From Fibrobacteria bacterium (GTDB lineage Bacteria; Fibrobacterota; Fibrobacteria; UBA11236): a DNA stretch of 64,000 nucleotides. A program made the position numbers and the translations under genes. The stretch spans positions 16,835-80,834 of the forward strand of contig JAYTSD010000029.1 of NCBI GenBank assembly GCA_043745805.1, read 5' to 3'. Below, piece by piece: positions 37,699 to 47,472 of the stretch. Under the pieces are notes generated by a model. That model made no database searches, was not told the DNA's origin, and saw only the letters and a program-made list of their open reading frames with translations. Numbering within the stretch: the first letter of the stretch is position 1; each line of letters begins with the position of its first letter.

Positions 37699-38466
37699 TT
37701 AAAATTCCAATTCGATCCCAACCGGACAGTGATCCGAGCCCTGCACATCTGGCATAATAAAAGCATTCTTCACATTACTTTTAAGATTTTCGCTCACTAA
37801 GAAATAATCGATACGCCAACCAATATTTCTTGCCCTAGCGCCAGTTTTCATGTCCCACCAGGAATAATTTCCACCTTCTGAATTAAACAAACGAAAAGTA
37901 TCCAAAAATCCTTGTCCTAAAAATGACCCCACCCATTCTCTTTCCATAGGCATGAATCCCGAGGTTTTTGCATTTTCTTTAGGACGAGCCAAATCAATTT
38001 CCATATGCGCCGTGTTCACATCGCCACAAATCACAATTTTTTTACCCTTATTTTTTAATTCCATAACGTAACTTGTAAAATACGCATAAAAATCCATCTT
38101 ATATTGCAGGCGCTCGGGACCAGAGCCTCCATTGGGATAATAAATATTAAAAAGGATAAAATCTTTATACTCCACAATTAAAGTACGACCTTCATTATCA
38201 AATTGCGGATCCCCCATGCCATAAGAGACATTCATAGGTTTCTCTTTGCTGAAAACGGCCACTCCACTATAACCTTTACGTTGAGCAGAACAAAAATAAT
38301 GGTGGTATCCCGAAACCGTAGCGAGCTCTTTCGTGATTTGATCGAGTTGGGCTTTGGTTTCTTGTAAACAAAGAATATCTGGACTTTCTTTATGTAACCA
38401 ATCCGCAAAACCTTTTTTAAATACCGCACGTATTCCGTTTACATTCCATGAAAGCACTCTTAACAT
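37699..38466 (-). CDS. xth: Exodeoxyribonuclease III / AP endonuclease
   Basis: SWNVNGIRA, LQETK, GDVNTAH, WRIDY, SDHCP. Confidence 0.96.
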   Translation of the reverse strand: MLRVLSWNVNGIRAVFKKGFADWLHKESPDILCLQETKAQLDQITKELATVSGYHHYFCSAQRKGYSGVAVFSKEKPMNVSYGMGDPQFDNEGRTLIVEYKDFILFNIYYPNGGSGPERLQYKMDFYAYFTSYVMELKNKGKKIVICGDVNTAHMEIDLARPKENAKTSGFMPMEREWVGSFLGQGFLDTFRLFNSEGGNYSWWDMKTGARARNIGWRIDYFLVSENLKSNVKNAFIMPDVQGSDHCPVGIELEF

Positions 38467-38496
38467 TTATAACTCCCTGATTTCTTACGTAAATAA

Positions 38497-38540
38497 TTTA
38501 CCTAAGAATTAACCTAAGATTAACCTAAGATTAACCTAAA
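38497..38540. repeat. Four-copy 11-bp tandem repeat
   Basis: TTTACCTAAGA-A-TTAACCTAAGA-TTAACCTAAGA-TTAACCTAAA upstream of xth. Confidence 0.85.
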
Positions 38541-38609
38541 GCAGAAAAAATAATAAGAAGCAGCGCGGATAGGATGAAAAGGGATTGCGGATATTATTTA
38601 GGGAGAAAT

Positions 38610-40586
38610 TTAACCCACTAACATATTGTCATTTAAGCCGGCATCGGCAAATTTTAACAATTGAATAATAAAGGTAGTACCAACATTTTCACGACTTTCC
38701 ACCGTAATAAGGCCTTTATGGTCCTGAATAATGCCATAACTAATTGAAAGCCCTAAACCGGTACCCATGCTTTTGGTGCTAAAAAAAGGTTCGAAAATTT
38801 TTTCCAAATTTTCAGAAGAAATTCCAATGCCAGTGTCGCTTATGCGAATTTCTACGCCGTTACCGGTTTGCTGAATACGTAAATCTAAAACGCGTTTACT
38901 TCTGTCGGTCCCTTCCATCGCATGCATCGCATTAATAAAAAGATTAATTAATACTTGTTTTAATTGGTTTTTATTGCCTAAAACCCGTGACTCCAAATTA
39001 TCAAAACGTAATTGCACATCAATATGGCCAGAAATAATTTGATGGTGTAATAAAGCCACCACATCTTTAATAATTTCCGAAAGGGAAACCGGAGACATGG
39101 GGCTTTCAGTTTTACCTTGTCGAGAAAAATCCAAAAGATTTTTAACAATATCCCGTATACGCAAAATCTCTTCGAGAATTAAATTCAATTCTCCTTTTAA
39201 TTTATTGTCCTCCGTCATCATCAAGCCCATTTGGAGTCGACCTAGCATGATTTGCAAAGGATTATTTATTTCATGTGCTACACCACCCGCCAACTGTCCT
39301 AGGGCTGCCATTTTTCCAGAATGCACCAGTTGCCATTGCATATGGGTAAGATTTTGATTGGCACTTAATAAGGAATCATACAGGTTAATATTTTCAGCTA
39401 CCATTTTTGCTTGTGATAAAATAGCCTGTAATAAATTTTGTAATATGGGAACTCGTTCAATATCTTCAGCAGAAAGCCCTATCCATAGGGAAAGTTTTTG
39501 CGAATCTTCCCAGGCAAGGGAGTGAATCCATAAACCCTCACATCCAAAAAAAGCTTGGGTATGCGGATAATGGTTTTTAAGATCTTCACCCATCAGAAAA
39601 AAACTAGGCTGAGCTTCATTGATGAGTTTTTGTGTTTCATCTAGGCGTATAAAAGCTTCCGAAGATACCGTTACATCTAGAGTCACTACTTCGGATTTAT
39701 TGACACCTTGAAAAAGAATTAATAACGGTGAAAGCTTTAATTCATTTTTTAGGACCAATAAAAATTCATGAAAAAAATTGAGGCGATGAGTTTCGCGTAA
39801 TGATTTAGCTTCATCAGGCTTAAATGCATTTAGGAGTACATCTTCCTTTAATTTATTTACGGAAGTAAAAAGTTTTAATTCATTTATCTTTTCTTGCATT
39901 TGTCGACGATGTAAACAATTAAGCAAAGCTATGGATGCATGACTGGATAATACCCAAATCAAATTCATCATTTCAGGAGTAATATTTTCTTCTTTTACTG
40001 TGCTGGCAATCCAAATAAACCCATGGGAACTTTCCTGATTGGGTAAAGGCACAATGGCAAAATCTCCGGCTTCCATTTCATCAAAACTGGGAATTAAGCA
40101 AACGCGCTTTTCTTGTAAAGCCCAATCAATAATGCCCTCCTCCCAATGCTGGTCGAATATCTTTTGCAAAGCAGGAGTAAAATGACTGGATAATAAGGGA
40201 TGCCGAGAAATACTTTTTCCTTCTAATAAAAAAATGGCGCAGCCACGTGTAGGTAGTACTTCACTCAATAAAAAAAGTAAATGGTGAAGGATATCCTTTA
40301 AATCGGAAGAGGAAGAAATAACCCGACACAATTCTAATACCTTTTGTAACTCACTTAAAGAACTTTTAAACTGTTCCTTTTCCAACTTAACGGAAGAGAG
40401 CGATACATTAGTATTTTGTATTAATTGATCTTGATCCTGACGAATAATATTCCATTGCGAATAGCGCGACGAAAGCTCTCGCACTAAAGCCGCTACCTCC
40501 CCGGTTTGAATGCGCAAGGTACTGACATTACAATCCTTCGCAATGCCTAAACGTAAAGTTTCTAAGTCCGCTAATAACTTATTCAT
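38610..40586 (-). CDS. Cytoplasmic GAF-domain sensor histidine kinase (NtrB-like)
   Basis: AHEINNPL, QVLINLFINA, DTGIG, FEPFFSTK, GTGLGL; no TM. Likely ATG at 40586 overlapping the HDOD stop. Confidence 0.9.
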   Translation of the reverse strand: MNKLLADLETLRLGIAKDCNVSTLRIQTGEVAALVRELSSRYSQWNIIRQDQDQLIQNTNVSLSSVKLEKEQFKSSLSELQKVLELCRVISSSSDLKDILHHLLFLLSEVLPTRGCAIFLLEGKSISRHPLLSSHFTPALQKIFDQHWEEGIIDWALQEKRVCLIPSFDEMEAGDFAIVPLPNQESSHGFIWIASTVKEENITPEMMNLIWVLSSHASIALLNCLHRRQMQEKINELKLFTSVNKLKEDVLLNAFKPDEAKSLRETHRLNFFHEFLLVLKNELKLSPLLILFQGVNKSEVVTLDVTVSSEAFIRLDETQKLINEAQPSFFLMGEDLKNHYPHTQAFFGCEGLWIHSLAWEDSQKLSLWIGLSAEDIERVPILQNLLQAILSQAKMVAENINLYDSLLSANQNLTHMQWQLVHSGKMAALGQLAGGVAHEINNPLQIMLGRLQMGLMMTEDNKLKGELNLILEEILRIRDIVKNLLDFSRQGKTESPMSPVSLSEIIKDVVALLHHQIISGHIDVQLRFDNLESRVLGNKNQLKQVLINLFINAMHAMEGTDRSKRVLDLRIQQTGNGVEIRISDTGIGISSENLEKIFEPFFSTKSMGTGLGLSISYGIIQDHKGLITVESRENVGTTFIIQLLKFADAGLNDNMLVG

Positions 40587-41493
40587 GCGTACCCGAAAAA
40601 ATGCTATTCGCTTTAGCGTATTCATTTTCTACTTGTGGTAAATATTGCAATAAGGATTCGGGCGTTAACCCAAAAGCGCCATAGGCTAATTCATAAATAG
40701 ATGCAGGAATTTCACCCATTTCTTTGCTTCCACTTTTTCCTAAATTCGCTCTATGTGCTAGAAAATTACCAAGATAAACGAGCAAAGGTAACTCCATATG
40801 CTTGGGACAAAATTCAGGATGTTCATGAAATTTTATCGCTTCTACTAAATGCAAGGGTAAATTCCAACGCTCCGCCAACCAAGCACCAACTTCGGCATGA
40901 TCCACGCCTAAAATTTTTCGTTCAGCTTCCGCTAATGAGTGATTTTTTTCATGTACTAAACTTTGTATTTCAGCAAATTCTTTAGCCAAATATTGATTCA
41001 AAATGATTTTGCCTAAATCATGTAATAAGCCCGCTACAAAAGCTTCTCCAGCTAAACGATAACAAGTTTCGCGCGCCAATACACGCGTTGCAGCTCCTAC
41101 TGCTATTGCATGTTGCCAAAACAAACTAATATCAAAATATTTACTACTTCCATCGGCTCGAAACAAAGTCAGCACTGAAAGACTGAGTCCCATTTCTTTT
41201 ACTTTTTCAAAGCCTAATACCACAATGGCTAATTTCACGGTAGAAATTTCTCTGGGAAATCCATAAAATGCAGAATTGGCCATTTTCAAAATTTTAGCAG
41301 TTAGAACTTGATCCTGCATAATCGCCGAAGACAATTGCCCCGCCGAAGTTTTAGGGTTGTCTACGAGTTCTAAAATCTTGGAGGTTACGGTAGGTAAAGT
41401 CGGCAAGGAAATTAAAGAATCTGTTATTTTTTTAACGCGTTGCGCAGATTGAACGGCATCTACCCGATCCATTGAAATGTCCTGACGTGACAT
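40579..41493 (-). CDS. HDOD-domain protein
   Basis: LPTLP, DQVLTAKILKMANSAFYG, AGLLHDLGK, DHAEVGAWLAERWNLP. Confidence 0.93.
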   Translation of the reverse strand: MSRQDISMDRVDAVQSAQRVKKITDSLISLPTLPTVTSKILELVDNPKTSAGQLSSAIMQDQVLTAKILKMANSAFYGFPREISTVKLAIVVLGFEKVKEMGLSLSVLTLFRADGSSKYFDISLFWQHAIAVGAATRVLARETCYRLAGEAFVAGLLHDLGKIILNQYLAKEFAEIQSLVHEKNHSLAEAERKILGVDHAEVGAWLAERWNLPLHLVEAIKFHEHPEFCPKHMELPLLVYLGNFLAHRANLGKSGSKEMGEIPASIYELAYGAFGLTPESLLQYLPQVENEYAKANSIFSGTHE

Positions 41494-41512
41494 ATGTGTT
41501 ACCTAAAACGAG

Positions 41513-42277
41513 TTATGCGTTAATTTTTTGTACTAGCTTGCCCTTAAGCTTAAGCATAGCTTTACTATGAATTTGGGAAACTCTCGACTCAGTTAAGTTC
41601 AAAACTTCCCCAATTTCCTTCAATGTCAATTCTTCATAATGATAAAGAGCCACCACCAAGCGTTCTTTTTCAGGTAACTGAGAAATAGTTTCCTTAAGAA
41701 TTCTTTTTACTTCCTTGAAACCCAATTCCTTCAAAGGATTCACCCCTTGCGGATCTTCAATGGTATCGATAAGCATTAGTGATTTATTTTCATCGCCTCT
41801 ATCCGGCATGGCTTCTTCCAATGACAAAATAGCCGCCGGAGCCACATCGCTTAACATTTCTTCGAACTCCTCCGAAGTAATATTTAGATGCTGCGCCACT
41901 TCATCATCATAGGGCATACGCCCTAATTCATTTTCCAATTTCGCATAGGCTTTTTGTAATACTCTTGATTTTTGCCGAACCGAACGTGGCACCCAATCTA
42001 AAGCGCGTAATTCATCGAGTATAGCTCCTCGCACTTTATGCGAAGCAAAGGTTTCAAATTTTAATCCCCGCTCAGGTTCAAAACTTTCCACCGCTTTTAC
42101 TAATCCTAAAATTCCTGAACTAATTAAATCATCTAGCTCCACCGAGCTGGGGAGATTTGAAGCGATACGTTGTGCAATGAATTTAACCATGCCTGCATAC
42201 TCAACTAGTAATTTATCTTTGCAAACTTTATTACCGGTTTCACGATATTGAGTCCACAGGTCAATCAAATCAATCAT
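41513..42277 (-). CDS. fliA: Flagellar sigma factor sigma28 (FliA/WhiG)
   Basis: DDLISSG, GAILDELRALDWVPRSVR, TLKEIG, ESRVSQIH. Confidence 0.95.
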   Translation of the reverse strand: MIDLIDLWTQYRETGNKVCKDKLLVEYAGMVKFIAQRIASNLPSSVELDDLISSGILGLVKAVESFEPERGLKFETFASHKVRGAILDELRALDWVPRSVRQKSRVLQKAYAKLENELGRMPYDDEVAQHLNITSEEFEEMLSDVAPAAILSLEEAMPDRGDENKSLMLIDTIEDPQGVNPLKELGFKEVKRILKETISQLPEKERLVVALYHYEELTLKEIGEVLNLTESRVSQIHSKAMLKLKGKLVQKINA

Positions 42278-42451
42278 GAACTTTTATCCCATGACTAAAG
42301 CCAAGATTTGATCTGGCATGGATATTAAAATAAATCTTGAGCAAGTTGTCACACACCTTTTCATTATCTCCTTTTTTATTGACTAACACCACTATTTTCC
42401 CCATTTCAGTGATGAAATAAACCACAAAAGCAGCCTCATTTAGGGCTAGAT

Positions 42452-42781
42452 TTAGGTTTTTGCATTATTCTTTTTGGAATTCTCTTTGGATTCAGGAATT
42501 TCATTTTCGCTAGGTTCAATGAAATGATAAAGAAATCCCCCTTCTTCACGTGTGGCTTTAGATTCTAAAGCCGAAGCAACGATAGACTTTACTAAAGTGT
42601 CGCTTAAAATGATGAAAAAAATCCAGCCAAGGGCTGAAGCAATGCAGCCTTTAACTAAAGCCACTAATAGGGATTCGAAATTCCATGTTTCGGAAAACAA
42701 AATCGACATAAAAAACACTAAGAAAAAAAGTAATAGTAATACTACTTTAGTAATTGATTTGCTGATTTTTTGAGTTTGCAT
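42452..42781 (-). CDS. Small 2-TM hypothetical protein in the flagellar operon
   Basis: Two hydrophobic helices and a charged tail; lies between flhF and fliA. Confidence 0.7.
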   Translation of the reverse strand: MQTQKISKSITKVVLLLLFFLVFFMSILFSETWNFESLLVALVKGCIASALGWIFFIILSDTLVKSIVASALESKATREEGGFLYHFIEPSENEIPESKENSKKNNAKT

Positions 42782-42797
42782 ACAACTTACTTCACTC

Positions 42798-44171
42798 TCA
42801 ATTTATGGTGGAGGTTGCCCATTGTGTAGCGACCATATTTTCCATAAATAACACCGAGGAAAATGTTTCAGGCTCGGCCTTTTTTAAATGCGCCGAAAGA
42901 TCTTGGCCATTGCAAACATAAGAGACCGGGATTTTTGAATGCACGGTAAGATTATATAAGTTACCTAAACTGATACATTCATCCAGTTTAGTAAAAATCA
43001 AACGCGAAGTTCCTAAAGGTCTAAAGTCTTCAATGGTTCGAGCTAATTCCTTTCCACGAGTATGCGCGCAAAGCGTGAGATGAATTTCATGCGGCTGAGT
43101 TTTTTGAATCAAATTTTGTAAATCTTGCAAAAGATCTTTATGTGCAGGACCACGTCCCCCGGTATCAATAAGAATGTATTCACAATCTTTTAATTTTCTC
43201 AAGCCTTGTATAATATCTTCATCATTAAATAAGGTTAACATCGGTATCCCTGCGGAATGGGCAAAAACTTTTAACTGTTCTGCCGCACCCATGCGATAAG
43301 CATCCGCTGATAAAATTCCAACTTTTTTTCCTTTTTCAAAACGCAACTGCACTGCGAGCTTAATTAAAGTGGTCGTTTTACCTACACCCGTAGGCCCCAC
43401 TAACATTATTTTATATGGCGTTTTTAAATTGTGCTTGGATAAATTCGACGCCCCATTTAATGCCGTTCCATCCTGAGCACCTGTATAGGCATTTAAAGGC
43501 AATACGGGAATTTGTTGCGCCATAAATTTAATTAAAAGCTCGTGACATTTTTCCAAATTCTTTCCCTGCCAAGGAGGTAACACAGAAGCTAACTTGTCAA
43601 TTAATGCGAGGGCTAAATCTTTATCAATATCCATTTCCAACAAACTATCCAATACCGTTTGAAAAGCACCGAGTGACTCTGGCGCAATGACGGAAGCGCT
43701 TTCACGAGCAGGGCGTAATAAATCCACTGCAGTAACCATGTTTTTAATCTCATCGCGCAACATTTTTAGTTCTCGTGTAGGTAACTCCACACTTTGTCGA
43801 ACTTCTTTAAATTCAGTTTTCATAGTCTCTAACCATTTTGCCATTTCTGTATCTGGCTTCACGTTATTGGCCTTGGTATTTAAAATCGGTTCGATTTTTT
43901 TATCCATAGGTTGTCCATTACTGTCGAAGCGACGAAGGCTTCCTCTCCAATCATAAGTGCTAGGAGGTGTTTGCGGTTTTTCGGGCATTGGTGGCTTCGC
44001 ATAGAGTGACTCTTCTAAACCTGCAGTAACCTCTATCATCTCCCAAATTTTGCCTAAATTTTTCTTTTGCACTTTTTTCGATTTTAAAATAATCGCTTCG
44101 GGACCTAATTCTTCCTTAATGCGCTGCAGCACTTCCTGCATGGTGTCAGCCTGATATGTTTTCATTTTCAT
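42798..44171 (-). CDS. flhF: Flagellar SRP-type GTPase FlhF
   Basis: MKTYQADTMQE, GPTGVGKTT, DAYR, DTGGR, TKLDE, GQD. Confidence 0.93.
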   Translation of the reverse strand: MKMKTYQADTMQEVLQRIKEELGPEAIILKSKKVQKKNLGKIWEMIEVTAGLEESLYAKPPMPEKPQTPPSTYDWRGSLRRFDSNGQPMDKKIEPILNTKANNVKPDTEMAKWLETMKTEFKEVRQSVELPTRELKMLRDEIKNMVTAVDLLRPARESASVIAPESLGAFQTVLDSLLEMDIDKDLALALIDKLASVLPPWQGKNLEKCHELLIKFMAQQIPVLPLNAYTGAQDGTALNGASNLSKHNLKTPYKIMLVGPTGVGKTTTLIKLAVQLRFEKGKKVGILSADAYRMGAAEQLKVFAHSAGIPMLTLFNDEDIIQGLRKLKDCEYILIDTGGRGPAHKDLLQDLQNLIQKTQPHEIHLTLCAHTRGKELARTIEDFRPLGTSRLIFTKLDECISLGNLYNLTVHSKIPVSYVCNGQDLSAHLKKAEPETFSSVLFMENMVATQWATSTIN

Positions 44172-46248
44172 AAATCACTACCGTTCCTATTGCTTTTACA
44201 TTGATTCCTGATACAATTTCACTATATGAGATAATCGCTAAATTTGGGAAAGATCCCTCTAAAATTCTTCTCAATTGAAAACGAATTCCTGGCGAACAAA
44301 TCAAAACCGGAGGTTGATTATTCGCTACCATTTTCTCCACAATGGGCGCTAAACGTCCCACCATTTTGCCTACCATTTCAGGTCGAATCACTAAACGAGG
44401 TCCCCTATCTGTATTTTGCAAGGACGCTTCTAAAGTCTGTTCTAACTTGGGTTCAAGGCTTATCACTTGAATTTGTCCTGTACTATCTTTATACATTTTA
44501 CAAATTTGGCGAGCTAATCCTTGACGACATTGTTCCGTTAAATAGGATTCCGATTTATTAATTTTTGCCCCATTAGACATGGCTTCTAATAAGGATCCTA
44601 AATCGCGAATGGAAACTTTTTCGCCCAATAAATTAAAGAGTACTTTTTGTACTTCTCCAATATTGAGTAATCCCGGAATCAATTCCTCCACCACCGCAGA
44701 ATTTACTGACTTCACATTATCGACCAGTGCTTTCACATCTTGGCGAGTTAAAATTTCACCGGCATGGGTGCGAATGACTTCAGTTAAATGTGTGGCTATT
44801 ACCGCTGGCAATTCCACAACTGTGTAACCTGCAATATCTGCCGCTTCTTTTTGACTCGGTGTAATCCATAGTGCAGGTAACCCAAATGCAGGCTCCAACG
44901 TAGGTATAGCGGCAATCTTTTGGCTGGTTCCCCCAGGGTCCATAGCTAAAAAGCAACCTGGCATTAATTCCCCATGCCCAACATCCACACTTTTAATTTT
45001 TATCACATATTGATTGGCTCTTAATTGAATATTATCGCGAATGCGAATAGGCGGTACTATGATTCCAATTTCCGTAGCACATTGTCGACGTAACATGGTA
45101 ATACGTTCTAATAAATCACCACCTTGATTAATATCCACTAAGGAAATTAAACCATAACCGATTTCCAATTCCATTTGATCCACTTGCAAATAGGATTCAA
45201 TTTTATCAGTATCTTGATTTTCATCTTTTTCAACTTTTTGTTTCGCTTGTTTACTCTCTTCTAAAACCTTGTTTGCTTTTTGACGCTTAGACATTAAACC
45301 AAGTCCACCCACTGCCGCCGACAAGAGAATAAAAGGTAAAGTTGGCATGCCCGGAATAAGTCCTAGGAAGCCCAAGAAACCGGCTGCGGTATAAAGTGAT
45401 TTTACACTTTGTCCTAATTGCCCAATCACTTCATTGCCTAAATTTTGTTTGGATGCCGCACGCGCCACAATAATACCCGATGCGGTGGAAATCATCAGTG
45501 CCGGCATTTGGGTAACCAATCCGTCACCGATGGTTAATTGAGTATAATTCACTAAAGCTTGTTTAAAACTCATATCCTTCATGGTCATGCCGACAATAAA
45601 ACCACCCACTACATTCACTACGGTAATTACAATACTCGCTACTGCATCACCGCGCACAAATTTACTCGCACCATCCATGGCGCCATAAAAATCAGCTTCT
45701 CTACCGATATTCTTACGGCGCTCTTTGGCTTCGGATTCAGTAATAATTCCGGCATTGAGATCGGAATCCACCGCCATTTGTTTACCTGGCATGGCATCCA
45801 ACGTAAAGCGTGCTGCCACTTCAGCAATTCGACCCGCACCTTTGGTAATCACTACAAATTGAATAATCACGAGAATAATAAATATGATAGTTCCGACTAC
45901 CATATTACCGCTGGTTACAAAAGTACCGAAGGCGTGAATCACCGCGCCGGCTTCCCCATCCGCTAGGATTAAACGGGTCGTGGCAATATTTAAACCAATG
46001 CGAAATAAAGTGAGTATGAGTAATAATCCAGGGAATACCGATAAATCCAAAACATTTTCAATATAAAGTGAGATCAACATAATGAGTACTGCAATGGCAA
46101 TCATCACCGTGAGTAAAATATCGAGTAAAATTGTAGGTAAGGGAATAATCATCATGCACATAATGCCGATAAGCAAAAGTGCTATAAGCAAATCTTTTTG
46201 ATGCAGGAATTGTGTTTTAAAAGTTAAAGTACCACCTTTAGTATTCAC
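44146..46248 (-). CDS. flhA: Flagellar export protein FlhA
   Basis: RIAEVAARFTLDAMPGKQMA, FYGAMDGASKFVRGDA. Confidence 0.97.
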   Translation of the reverse strand: MNTKGGTLTFKTQFLHQKDLLIALLLIGIMCMMIIPLPTILLDILLTVMIAIAVLIMLISLYIENVLDLSVFPGLLLILTLFRIGLNIATTRLILADGEAGAVIHAFGTFVTSGNMVVGTIIFIILVIIQFVVITKGAGRIAEVAARFTLDAMPGKQMAVDSDLNAGIITESEAKERRKNIGREADFYGAMDGASKFVRGDAVASIVITVVNVVGGFIVGMTMKDMSFKQALVNYTQLTIGDGLVTQMPALMISTASGIIVARAASKQNLGNEVIGQLGQSVKSLYTAAGFLGFLGLIPGMPTLPFILLSAAVGGLGLMSKRQKANKVLEESKQAKQKVEKDENQDTDKIESYLQVDQMELEIGYGLISLVDINQGGDLLERITMLRRQCATEIGIIVPPIRIRDNIQLRANQYVIKIKSVDVGHGELMPGCFLAMDPGGTSQKIAAIPTLEPAFGLPALWITPSQKEAADIAGYTVVELPAVIATHLTEVIRTHAGEILTRQDVKALVDNVKSVNSAVVEELIPGLLNIGEVQKVLFNLLGEKVSIRDLGSLLEAMSNGAKINKSESYLTEQCRQGLARQICKMYKDSTGQIQVISLEPKLEQTLEASLQNTDRGPRLVIRPEMVGKMVGRLAPIVEKMVANNQPPVLICSPGIRFQLRRILEGSFPNLAIISYSEIVSGINVKAIGTVVIYENENISG

Positions 46249-46327
46249 GAAATTAATTTGCCCTTACGCTAAAGTTTTCCAAAAATCTTCCGATAAATAG
46301 AAGGGAAGATTTCAACTTATGCAATAC

Positions 46328-46343
46328 AGCAAATCACGGGCCT
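46328..46343 (-). promoter_or_regulatory. sigma54 promoter upstream of flhA
   Basis: Minus strand AGGCCCGTGATTTGCT (GG-N10-GC). Confidence 0.6.
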
Positions 46344-46389
46344 GCTGTAAAGTTATGGCAACAGTTCAATTTTTAGCTTAAATGTGAAC

Positions 46390-47445
46390 TTATTTTTGGT
46401 TTTTAAGGCCATAGACATAGGCCAAAATTTCCGCCATTGCGGCAAAGAATTCCGCAGGAATGTCCTCACCTACTTCGGCAAAATCATACAGGCTTCGTGC
46501 TAAAGGCTTATCTTCTACAATCGGAATATCATTCTCACGCGCGACATTACGAATACGTTCCGCAATTAAACGCTTTCCCTTAGCAAGCACTCTGGGAGCA
46601 GTGTCCACACCTTGTTCATAACGAATGGCTAAAGCAATAAATGTAGGATTAGTAATAATTACGGTGGCGCGCGGTACTTCTTTCATCATCATGTTTTTAA
46701 ACATCTGTTGGCGCAAAGCACGGATTTTTCCCTTTATCGCGGGATCGCCGTCGGAAGAACGCGCCTCGTCTTTAACTTCTTGTTTAGACATACGCAAGTC
46801 TTTCATAAACTTCTTTTTTAAATAAATAATATCCGCTATACCTATCACTAATAAAGTTAAAGTGGATTTCCAGATAATTTCATAACTCACATCGAATAAC
46901 ATTTTAATGATTTGCGATAAACTTTGATCCGCTAAAATTAAGTATTCATGAAAATGACTCATCATTACGGAATAAGCCACAAAGCCTACCACAAACATTT
47001 TTAAAACACTTTTTAATAATTCCACTAAGGTTTGCGGAGAAAACATTTTTTTTAAACCACTAAATCCAAAGATCCTTCCAAAATGTGGCCCTAAAGATTC
47101 CAAGCTCCACATGAATCCTACTTGGGCAAAATTGGAAATCATTCCCACTATCAGTAAAGTGCCCACTATAGGCATTAAGATTCTTAACAAGAAGAAATAG
47201 GACTGCCAGGATCGTTTGTATAAATCTTCGGGAATAGTTGCATAACTAGAAATGCCCATTAAACACTCACGCATTATTGAAAGCATTTCTTGCGATAGCT
47301 TAGGTCCTAAAAAGCGTAGTATAAACGCCGCAGATAAAAGCATTATTGCCGAATTTAAATCCGTGCTACGGGCCACCATGCCCTTATTTCTAGCGTCGCC
47401 TAACTTTTTTCCTGTCGGGGCTTCGGTTTTTTCTTCATCAGCCAT
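46390..47445 (-). CDS. flhB: Flagellar export protein FlhB
   Basis: EKTEAPT..K..DAR..G, MSKQEVKDE, GDP, NPTF, LARSLY. Confidence 0.96.
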   Translation of the reverse strand: MADEEKTEAPTGKKLGDARNKGMVARSTDLNSAIMLLSAAFILRFLGPKLSQEMLSIMRECLMGISSYATIPEDLYKRSWQSYFFLLRILMPIVGTLLIVGMISNFAQVGFMWSLESLGPHFGRIFGFSGLKKMFSPQTLVELLKSVLKMFVVGFVAYSVMMSHFHEYLILADQSLSQIIKMLFDVSYEIIWKSTLTLLVIGIADIIYLKKKFMKDLRMSKQEVKDEARSSDGDPAIKGKIRALRQQMFKNMMMKEVPRATVIITNPTFIALAIRYEQGVDTAPRVLAKGKRLIAERIRNVARENDIPIVEDKPLARSLYDFAEVGEDIPAEFFAAMAEILAYVYGLKNQK

Positions 47446-47472
47446 TCAAAACTCTTTAATAATTTAGGAGGT

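Noticed and set aside
38497-38540. CRISPR array
   Set aside because: Units are 11 bp with no spacers, and there are no cas genes.
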